Shown one piece after another: positions 54,022-64,000 of a stretch of DNA of 64,000 bases; position 1 is the first letter of the stretch, and every line of letters begins with the position of its first letter. The position numbers were made by a program, and so were the translations under genes. The DNA comes from Octopus sinensis (lineage: Eukaryota), in contig NC_043016.1 in the NCBI RefSeq assembly GCF_006345805.1, positions 7,130,001 to 7,194,000 of the forward strand, given 5' to 3'. The notes under the pieces are model-generated. The model made no database searches and was not told where the DNA came from. It saw only the letters and a program-made list of their open reading frames with translations.

Positions 54022-55139
54022 TAGAGAGAGAGAGAGAGAGAGAGAGGGCAACCATTATTGAGTGTCTTTCAGTAAGGGTGGATGGACCAACAGCACCTTT
54101 ATTATTGTCATTGTAAGTGGATTAACAAATGACAGACTTATTATTTACCATTCCTTTATTTGTGTCTTTCTCTCTTTTCTTTCCTTCCTTCTTTTTTTAT
54201 CTTTTTCTTTCTGTCTGTTGCTTTCCGTCTTTCAATCTTTCTTTTTTGTTTTTCTTTATTTTGTCTTTCCTCCATTCAGTCTTCCTTCCTTCCTTCCTTT
54301 CTTTTTCTTTTTTCCTGATTAGTATAAGTGTTAGTGCAGGTGCATAGCCCTGTGGTTACAACATTGGGCTCACAACCCATTAGGTAGTGAGTTCGATTGT
54401 CAGACCAGGTCTGTGTGTTGTGTTCTTGAAGAAGACACTTTTTATTTTGTGTTACTCCTGTTCACTCAGCTGTAGAAATGAGTTGATCAGCCTTTGTCTT
54501 TCCCTTCAACATGGGTGGCATGGAGAGGGGGAGACTGGTATGCACTGGCAACTCTTGGTCTTTCATAAACAAACTTGCCTGGACTAGTTCCTCAGAGGGT
54601 AACTTTCTAGGTGTAACCCCATGGTCATTTATGACCAAAGGGGTGTTTACCCTTTATGGACTTACCCAGCATGGGTTCCAGACATCCATAGGTTGACATC
54701 AGTGTTCCAATCTAAACATCTACAAAGTATAATCTGAGTAGATATCATCATCATCATCGTTTAACGTCTGTTTTTCATGCTAGTATATGTGGAGGCACAA
54801 TGGCCCAGTGGTTAGGGCAGCGGACTTGCGGTTTTAGGATAGCTGTTTCGATTCCCAGACCGGGCGTTGTGAGTGTTTATTGAGCGAAAACACCTAAAGC
54901 TCCATGAGGCTCCAGCAGGGGGGCGGGGTGCGATCTTTGCTGTACTCTTTCGCCATAACTTTCTTTCACTCTTTCTTCTGTTGGCCTGCTCACTTAGCCA
55001 GCGGGGTGGCGTTATTTGAAGGCTAAAACAATGAGAAGCACATTGTGACCAGCGATGTGTAGCAACATCTGATAGCCTGGTCGGTCACGGTGATATATAT
55101 ATAGTATATAGGCCTTTTACGTGTCACCAGTACTGGCCA

Positions 55140-55450
55140 TGGTCACAGTTTCACTTACCTTGACGTGTCTTCTTAAGCATGGCAATTAGCCAAAAGTCTC
55201 GGTCACTTGTCATTACCTCCATGAGTCACAACAACTGAAGATCATATTTCACCACCTCATCCCGTGTTTTCCTGGACCTACCTCTTCCCTGGATTCCCTC
55301 CATAATTAGAGATTGCCACATCTTCATGCAGTTGTCCTCATTCATACACACCACATTACCAAACCAGCACAGTCTTCCTTGCACAAAACATTTGATGCTT
55401 CTTATATCCAGTTTTCCTCTTAAATCATTTATACTTTGTTGTTCCATGCC
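55140..55450 (-). mobile_element. Degraded RTE C-terminal fragment
   Basis: ORF 55226-55447: LRGKLDIRSIKCFVQGRLCWFGNVVCMNEDNCMK...GRGRSRKTRDEVVKYDL. Confidence 0.75.
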
Positions 55451-55452
55451 TG

Positions 55453-55492
<40 letters not shown>

Positions 55493-55771
55493 AATATATA
55501 TTATATAATATATATATAATATAATATAAATATATATATATAATAGAAATATTAAAATTACTAAGTCTCTCTAAAGGAGATTACGGCAGCGTTACTGGAT
55601 ATTATTAGTTATCGCCATACTAATATGGCAGTCTATAAATATAAGACTAAAGCTGTCGCTGATTAGCTCCAAGAGGCCATCGCCTCTAGCTAGCTATATG
55701 ACACACAAACCTGCATCCATTACAACCTTTGAACAGGGGAGGTCAGCAGCTTCACCTTGCTAGTCAGACAT

Positions 55772-55812
55772 CTGCAGACATGTTTCAGGGTTGTTGCCCT
55801 TTATCAATGCAG
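55772..55812 (-). ncRNA. Decayed hammerhead motif
   Basis: Reverse complement reads CTGCA-TTGATAA-AGGG caacaa CCCT-GAAAC AT GT C|TGCAG. All three stems are perfect, and there are two core substitutions (C3U, G8A). Confidence 0.62.
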
Positions 55813-56848
55813 CGTAGTCAGAACCAGCAGGTGTCGCTACTGACCGTCTGTTCGAAGATTTTATTTACCTAGTTACAGTGGAATGCAAATAAGAAAATGG
55901 AGAAACAAATTTAGTTTGTTCATCAATTTACGGATATAATAATGTTGGATTAATTATTCATTTAACAGAATTAGAACATCAAAAGCATACAAAAATATTA
56001 TATAAATCAATAGATAAGATAATAATACAAATACAGATTTTAAAAGTCATAGTATCCCATAGTGGGTTACACCCATAACCCCTATCTTACTTTGTAGTGT
56101 ATACACACACACACACACACACATACATATACAAGGCCAACCAAAACCTTGTGACTGGATGTGGTAGATGGAAACTGAAAGTCTGTTGTGTGTGTGTGTA
56201 TGTACATATATTTTTTTATTTTTTGCTCTTTAAGAATGTTATTTTTCATTTTTTTAAAAATGTTATATTTTATTTTAAAAAAAAAGTTATTGACATTCTC
56301 ACAAACACGAATGTATATTGATTAATTCAGTCTGTTTAAGGATCTCAAACTTCTAATATTTAATTTTTGTCCTGGTTTACCCTGGGGAGATTTTTACTCC
56401 AAATATTTCCAAGCTATGAATTTTTAAAACTAATAATAATAATAATAATAATAATAATATAATATATTAATAAGTTGAGATATGTCAGTTCAATCTCTCT
56501 ATTTTCCTTTTATTATTTTTATATACATATACATATGTAAATGTGAGGGCACTTGACTTAGTGGTTGGAGTTTTGCACTCATGATTGCTAGATTGTGATT
56601 TCAATTCCTAGACCAGGTGGTGCATTGTGTTCTTGAGCAAAACACTTCATCTCATCTTGCTCAGTGATCGTTTTCACACTTGACTTATGGAACACTTGGT
56701 GCACCTTCCAGACAATGGATTTGATGGAGAGAGAGTAAGGTAATATGCAGCACGAACATTTGATCATTATAAACAGATCTTTTGTGCAGGTCATTTGGCA
56801 AAAGCTGAGCACTCATATGTCATTTTTGATTGGAGAGTCCATCATATA

Positions 56849-56895
<47 letters not shown>

Positions 56896-56896
56896 A

Positions 56897-57850
56897 ACCC
56901 GTGGCCCCTACCTGGGACGTAGTCAGTCCACCTGTGCATACCTTCCTTCTTATGACACTTGTGAAGACCTGTTGAGGCAAGTGATAATCAAATCAAATCA
57001 AAATAGATGAACATCAATGGAATTTGTATCTTTGTGGTACCGGTGCCGGTGGCACACAAGAAAACCATCCGAACGTGGCGGTAGCCAGTACCACATCGAC
57101 TGGCCTCCGTGCTGTGGGCACGTAACAAACACCATCCGATCGTGGCCGTTCGACAGCCTCATCTGGCACCTGTGTCGGTGGCACATAAAAACACCATCCG
57201 AAGACCCGGCAAGACTAGTCAGGCCATAACCCGTGGCCCCTACCTGGGACGTAGTCAGGCCATAACCCGTGGCCCCTACCTGGGACGTAGTCAGTCCACC
57301 TGTGCATACCTTCCTTCTTATGACACTTGTGAAGACCTGTTGAGGCAAGTGAAAATCAAAAAATCAAAATAGATGAACATCAATGGAATTTGTATCTTTG
57401 TGGTACCAGTGCCGGTGGCACACAAGAAAACCATCCGAACGTGGCCGTAGCCAGTACCGCATCGACTGGCCTCCGTGCTGTGGGCACGTAACAAACACCA
57501 TCCGATCGTGGCCGTTTGCCAGCCTCATCTGGCACTTGTGTCGGTGGCACATAAAAACACCATCCGAGCGTGGCTGTTCGCCAGCCTCGTCTGGCACTTG
57601 TGTCGGTGGCACATAAAAACACCATCCAAGCGTGGCCGTCTGCCAGCCTCGTCTGGCACCTCTGTCGGTGGCACATAAAATCACCCACTACACTCACGGA
57701 GTGGTTGGCGTTAGGAAGGGCATCCAGCTGTAGAAACACTGCCAGATCTGACTGGCCTGGTGCAGCCTTCGGGCTCCCCAGACCCCAGTTGAACCGTCCA
57801 ACCCATGCTAGCATGGAAAGCGGACGTTAAATGATGATGATGATGATGAT
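56897..57850 (+). mobile_element. RTE 3'UTR-only insertion with a duplicated UTR head
   Basis: Two successive copies of cccgtggcccctacctgggacgtagtcagtccacc...gatgaacatcaatggaatttg (56897-57210 and 57210-57850), three ~62-bp repeats and a (GAT)n tail. Flanked by (TA)n. Confidence 0.88.
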
Positions 57851-57984
57851 ATATATATATATTAAGTACCAGTTGTGTATGAGATTTGATCTAATCAACC
57901 AGCACCCTCACCCAAAATTTGTAGTTTTGTACCTATAATAGAAAGGATTATTATTATTGTCATCATCATCATCATCATTATTAT

Positions 57985-58535
57985 TGAGTGAGAGAGCAGT
58001 GCATGCTATCAAAGTGAGACTGGAGTAATACGAAGCCCAATATACCCATCATGACTAACTGTTTGATAAGGGTACACTAGGTACATGCATCACAACAATA
58101 TGTGCATGACATGGTGATCTCATATCAAGATATATGGCGTATGACATTGCAGGTGGGGCCCAGTTAGAATTTTCTTCTGGTCGAGTAACCCATCCCGCAC
58201 AAAAGGTCCCTGAATAAGGGTTGTTTAAGGATGTTGAACGAAACACCCATGTTTCCAGAGGTGAATTATCCAAACCCCAAAGAATTCCTTTCAACACACA
58301 GCTATGATGTTCTCCCACTACTTCTGCTCGTGATCAGAGATGCACATATCGTCAGCCACTAAGGGACATGCTCAACTGGTTATGGTCAAACAACTGACAA
58401 GCAAATCTGTGGTATTGAGCAGAATATTTGCTGTAGCCCATCTTTTATACCAAGACAAAACGATGTACATGATAACACTTCCAATCAGTTAAGATCAGAA
58501 GCCTCGAGAACCACTGCCTGGTACTGCATCAGGGC

Positions 58536-58538
<3 letters not shown>
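57985..58538. repeat. Unclassified ~550-bp interspersed repeat E flanked by (TTA)n (second copy 38828-39270)
   Basis: Two alignable copies starting ttattgagtgagagagcagtgc. No recognisable ORF. Confidence 0.75.
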
Positions 58539-58588
<50 letters not shown>

Positions 58589-59164
58589 GCTGTTTGTTTG
58601 TTTTAGCTATTATTTCATATAGAAACTGACTTCATCATCATCATCATTTAGCATCCGCTTTCCATGCTAGCATGGGTTGGACGGTTCAACTGGGGTCTGG
58701 GAAGCCAGAAGGCTGCATCAGGCCCAGTCTGATCTGGCAGTGTTTCTACGGCTGGATGCCCTTCCCAACGCCAAAAATTTAAATTGAATTAGATATTTTG
58801 TCAGTACTTAAAAAAGAATGCAAAATCAAGAAAGAATTTTTGCTGCAGCTGTTTGTAATATAAATGTATATGTGTATGTGCACATACTCTACATGCACAT
58901 GCCTCCACTGATCCATTGTCTTAATACACACACACTCATACACACAGACACACAACTTGCCGGTGTTCCCCTTCATCATATACGCGGTAATCACATTCGG
59001 TTAAAATGGCTTATTAATGTGTTTTCTTTCTCTTTTTTCCCTCACGAGATGATTGCATTGTTTTACATAATTTTATTCACTCCAGGATCATATCGATATT
59101 GTCTTCAAAACATATGTCGGAAGTATAAAGATTTGAATAAGACCTGTGTTTAACTCCATTTCTT

Positions 59165-59178
59165 AATTTATATATATA

Positions 59179-59210
<32 letters not shown>

Positions 59211-59219
59211 CACACATGC

Positions 59220-59266
<47 letters not shown>

Positions 59267-59349
59267 AATACACACATACATATATACATACATACATATA
59301 TATATATATATACATGTACAAATATATATACACACATATATAAATATTG

Positions 59350-59386
<37 letters not shown>

Positions 59387-59565
59387 ACATATATATGCTT
59401 ACACACATATATATATATATTGCACATATATATATATACATATATATATGTATACATATATATGTATACATATATATATACATATACATATATATATGTA
59501 TACATATATATGTATACATATACATATGTATGCATATACATATATATGCTTATACATATATGTAT

Positions 59566-59599
<34 letters not shown>

Positions 59600-59730
59600 G
59601 GACATATATATATGCATATATATATAAAAGCATATACATATATATACATATACATATGTATATACTCACACATATATATATATATATTTATACATATATA
59701 TCTTTATATATATATTATATGTGTGTATAA
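59165..59730. repeat. Compound (TA/CA)n microsatellite
   Basis: Direct inspection. One of dozens of (TA)n, (CA)n and (TTA)n tracts in the window. Confidence 0.95.
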
Positions 59731-60157
59731 AGATTACACACAAAGGGAAAAGCCACTAAGTGGTTTTCCAACATGCTAGAAACAGGAGTTAAATCACAAA
59801 CCACGAAATCTGTTCTTATTTTAGCACGTGTGGGCAGGCAGGGCAATTTGAGAGAATTCAAAAGGGAGATTAGTCATCCCCATACTTTGCAGTTTCATCC
59901 TTAATGATTTAATACACTAATTAATCAATTAATCCATTAACCATCTGTGGCTCTTCAGCGATAATTGTTCTTTCCGAAGAGCCACAGGTGGTTAATGCAT
60001 TCATTGATTAATTGATTTATTCGTGTATCAAATAATCAAGGGCGAAACATCCAAGTACAGCAATGTCTAATCTCTTTTTAGAATTCTCTCATCTTGTCCT
60101 GTCCGTCTACATTCAACATGCTAGAGGTTTGTGTATACATAGACACACACACACACA

Positions 60158-62125
60158 GAGGTATCAAGCTGTTGGATCAGGTAATGAAGGTTACGGAGAG
60201 GGTCATAGCCCAACTAATTAGAGAGAGAGTTAGTTTAGATGAGATGCAGTTTGGGTTTGTCCCAGGGAAAAGCACCACTGATGCTATATTCCTGGTAAGG
60301 CAGCTGCAGGAGAAATACCTAGCCAAAGATAAGCCCCTGTACCTGGCTTTCGTTGACATGGAGAAAGCCTTTGATAGGGTCCCCCGATCCCTCATCTGGT
60401 GGTCAATGAGGAAACTAGGGATAGATGAATGGCTGGTGAGGGCTGTGCAAGCCATGTACAGAGATGCCGTAAGTAAGGTTAGAGTTGGCAACATGTACAG
60501 AGGAATTCAAAGTAGAGGTTGGGGTCCACCAAGGTTCAGTACTCAGCCCCCTCCTATTTATCATAGTCCTCCAGGCAATTGTGGAGGAATTCAAGACAGG
60601 TTGCCCCTGGGAGCTCCTCTATGCTGACGACCTCGCTCTAATTGCTGAGTCACTATCAGAACTGGAGGAGAAGTTCCAGGTGTGGAAGGAGGGTTTAGAA
60701 TCGAGGGGTCTTAGAGTCAACCTAGCTAAAACCAAAGTACTAATAAGTAGAAAGGTAGACAATCCACAAATATCCTCAGGAAGATGGCCCTGCTCGATCT
60801 GTAGAAAAGGTGTAGGTAGAAACTCTATAAGATGTACCCAGTGTAGCTATGGACACATAAGAGGTGCAGCAATGTCAAGGTAGGCTAACTGGGAAGATAG
60901 TTTTTGTATGTGGCAGATGCTCTGGAGCATTGACCTCCGAAAATCTGCAGAAAACAACTTCCGTCACTTTCCGGGGGGAAAACTAGAAGTAGTTGATAGC
61001 TTCCGCTATCTAGGTGACCAAGTCAGTAGTGGGGGTGGGTGCGCTGAAAGTGTAACTGCTAGAATAAGAATAGCCTGGGCAAAGTTTAGGGAGCTCTTAC
61101 CTCTGTTGGTGACTAAAGGCCTCTCGCTCAGAGTAAAAGCCAGACTGTATGATGCATGTGTACGAACAGCTATGCTACATGGCAGTGAAACATGGGCCGT
61201 GACTGCTGAGGACATGCGTAAGCTTGTGAGGAACGAAGCCAGTATGCTCCGATGGATGTGTAATGTCAGTGTACTTACTCGACAGAGCGTTAGTACCTTG
61301 AGAGAAATGTCGTACCTAAGAAGCATCAGTTGTGGTGTGCAAGAGAGACGATTGCGCTGGTATGGTCATGTGGCGAGAATGGATGAAGATAGGTGTGTGA
61401 GAAAGTGCCAATCCCTAGCAGTTGAGGGAACCCGTGGATGAGGTAGACCCAGGAAAACCTGGGACGAGGTGGTGAAGCACGACCTTCGGACGTTACGTCT
61501 CACCATGGAAATGACTAGAGACCGAGACCTATGGAAGTATGCTGTGCGTGAGAAGACCCGGCAAGACTAGTGAAGCCATAACCCGTGGCCCCTACCTGGG
61601 ACGTAGTCAGTCCACCTGTGCATACCTTCATTCTTGTGACACTTGCGAAGACCTGTTGAGGCAAGTGAGAATCGAATCAAATCAAATCAAATCGAACCAA
61701 ATCAAAATAGATGAACATCAATGGAATTTGTATCCTTGTGGTACCAGTGCCGGTGGCACATAAGAAAACCATCCGAACGTGACCATAGCCAGTACCGCAA
61801 CGACTGGCCTCCGTGCTGAGGGCACGTAACAAACACCATCCGAGCGTGGCCGTCCGCCAGCCTCGTCTGGCACCTGTGTCGGTGGCACATAAAAAACACC
61901 ATCCGAGCGTGGCCGTTTGCCAGCCTCGTCTGGCACCTGTGTCGGTGGCACATAAAATCACCCACTACACTCTCGGAGTGGTTGGCGTTAGGAAGGGCAT
62001 CCAGCTGTAGAAACACTCCCAGATCTGACTGGCCTGGTGCAGCCTTCTGGCTTTCCAGACCCCAGTTGAATCGTCCAACCCATGCTAGCATGGAATGCGG
62101 ACGTTTAAACGATGATGATGATGAT
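60158..62125 (+). mobile_element. 5'-truncated RTE LINE (RT half to (GAT)n tail), same family as 1-3830
   Basis: RGIKLLDQVMKVTERVIAQLIRERV...LLYADDL...RLRWYGHVARM in ORFs 60094, 60485 and 60908, with several 1-nt frameshifts. About 570 bp of 3'UTR ends in ttaaacgatgatgatgat. The 5' junction is in a (CA)n tract. Confidence 0.95.
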
Positions 62126-62386
62126 ATATATAAGGATAAGATCGTTAATTTAAAAATAAAATAACGATTTTATCAAGTGGTCAGCATTGAAAAAAAATAA
62201 CCTTCAAAGGTAATAATTATTAAAATTATAAATCAAGGTATCTACGAGATACCACCATGCTGAAAATAGCAGCCATGATCTCACTCTAAAACCACTGACA
62301 TTAAGGTGGTTTTAGAGTCAGATCATGGCTACTATCTTCAGCATGGTGGCATCTCGTAGATACCCTAATTTATAATTGTATATATA

Positions 62387-62442
<56 letters not shown>

Positions 62443-63324
62443 TCATCATCATTGTTTAACGTCCACTTTCCATGCTGGCATCAGTTGCACAGTTTGACTG
62501 AGGACTGGCAAGCCAGATGACTGCACCGGGCTCCAATCTGATCTGGTAGAGTTTCTAAAGCTGGATGCCCTTCCAAGCACCAACTACTCTGAAAGTGTAG
62601 TGAGTGCTTTTTACATGCCACTGGCATAGGGGCCAGTCAGGTGGTACTGGCATTGACCACACTTGAATGGTGCTTTTTATGTGCCACCAGTGTGGGAGCC
62701 AGGCAAGTGGCACTGGCAATGACCACACTCAAATGCTGCCTTTTATGTGCCACCAGCACAGGAGCAACGGTCATGCAACGGACAGCACTGGCAACGGTCA
62801 TGCTTGAATGGCACTTTTTTACATTCCACTGGCGTGGGACCAGTCAAGCGGCACTATCATCATTATCTTCATAATTACTTTACATCTGCTCTTCAAAACT
62901 TGTAGGTTGAACTGAATTTTTTGAGGTTGTGTTTTATATGCATATGTGTGCATATGTCTGTGTTTGTATGTATGTATGTGTATATACATACACACACACA
63001 CACAAGAGTTAAGGAATGGAGTAGATAACATCTGGACTACATATGTTTCATAACCCGCTATGAAACATATGTAGGTATTATCTACTCCATTCCTTAACTC
63101 TCGTATTTTATTCACATTCCTGGCAACCCTGGCTGCCTACCGTTAATTATAAAATATTTTTTTTCACCTGATCGTACTTCAATATATGGAAAACATCCAC
63201 AACCTTCTGCCTCAATAAACTGCTGTTGTTCCTCTAAGCTGATTTTTAAAAAATATTTTCTAATGTTTGCTTGATTTTACACCTTGATCCTTGGATCTTA
63301 CATTTATATATAAAAATAGATATA

Positions 63325-64000
63325 CTAGCAGACGCACCCGGCATTTCTCGGGAATGAAATTGTTCTTTTATATACTGGAAGAAAAAGCAAAATATGTTGT
63401 ATAAACATTTGTTCTTCTAAATTCAATTTATTCTTCAATTAAGACACAATTTATTCTTCAGTGGGGAAATCAATTCTGAATTCATAATGTAAAAAAAATA
63501 TTAATAATAATACAAAACAAAAGATTTGATCATTTGAGCAGCTTTGTTCAGGAAGAAGTTTAGGTTCATGTCCATTCACAAATGCAGTCAATTCAGTGAT
63601 GTCATAATTAATCTCTCTTGCTATGTCTCTTGAAGTTAAATCACTAATTTGACGGTTTCTTTTTGGCAGTCCGGAGCCAAACTCTTGCAAATTTTTGCCT
63701 CCCATTGCCAAAACTTGATCCTCAATTTCAATCAGTGTTTGGTTAAAAATTGCTTCAGCATGCTGAATATTGATATCTGGGTTTGCCTGTTGAACTGCAT
63801 ACTTTAAGTCCTTAGCCATGTCCTCACAATGTTTCATCCAAAGTTATAGGGGACTGCCAAGTTGATACATGTTCAGTATTATTGCACAAAGGTTACGGAG
63901 TTTCCTTGGAGAATCTGATACCGATTCTTCAGTCGATGCAAGGTCCCAATGCTCATCATTTTCTAAAGAACCCTTGTTGGTAGCATGCTTTCCTATAGTT
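63325..64000 (-). mobile_element. Helitron, internally deleted, with canonical 3' terminus
   Basis: Minus-strand peptides ENDEHWDL...SPRKLRNLCAIIL...LWMKHCEDM...IEDQVLAMGGKNLQEFG...REINYD...LLPEQ match the Rep-to-helicase linker. The 3' end is a CCCG..CGGG hairpin (63337-63352), 8 nt, CTAG (63328-63325), then T. Confidence 0.85.

Noticed and set aside
54789-54860. tRNA-like sequences with A and B boxes
   Set aside because: They are heads of multi-copy SINEs that continue into SINE bodies, with no clean cloverleaf.
59077-59779. Long ORFs rich in Y/I/M/C/V/H/T (also at 4370, 34005, 37130, 40145, 50657 and others)
   Set aside because: They are translations of (TA)n, (CA)n or triplet microsatellites and have no protein signal.
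40700-64000. Further GALNT exons (expected ...REGLIR...FLDSHCE downstream; ...DWHD... upstream of 20929)
   Set aside because: Not found by eye on the + strand. They probably lie outside the window or in the N gap. A spliced alignment is needed.

Overview
Eukaryotic, AT-rich, repeat-saturated DNA. The SINE, RTE and microsatellite landscape resembles Octopus (coleoid cephalopod) genomes, but the organism is my inference. The only host gene I can support is a + strand polypeptide N-acetylgalactosaminyltransferase (GALNT10-like), seen as two spliced coding exons (20929-21073 and 40533-40699) joined by a 19.5-kb intron. I found no adjacent exons, so most of the window is probably intronic. The rest is layered mobile DNA: a near full-length RTE LINE plus many 5'-truncated copies, CR1-, R4/Dong- and Tx1-like LINE remnants, four tRNA-type SINE families, a hAT transposase fragment, a TIR element with a 9-bp TSD, an internally deleted Helitron and Penelope-like elements. 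The most interesting observations are: (i) at least 8 minimal type I hammerhead ribozyme motifs from about 6 repeat families, one fully intact behind a Penelope GIY-YIG ORF; (ii) a C4HC3 PHD finger embedded in the RTE ORF just after the RT domain; (iii) a SINE that appears to insert at GGTA sites inside its own copies and shares a 3' tail with a Tx1-like LINE; (iv) many long intronic hairpins that are candidate dsRNA/ADAR substrates. There is a 100-N assembly gap at 41905-42004. No rRNA, genuine tRNA or CRISPR array is supported. All alignments and folds were done by eye, and boundaries of degraded repeats are approximate.
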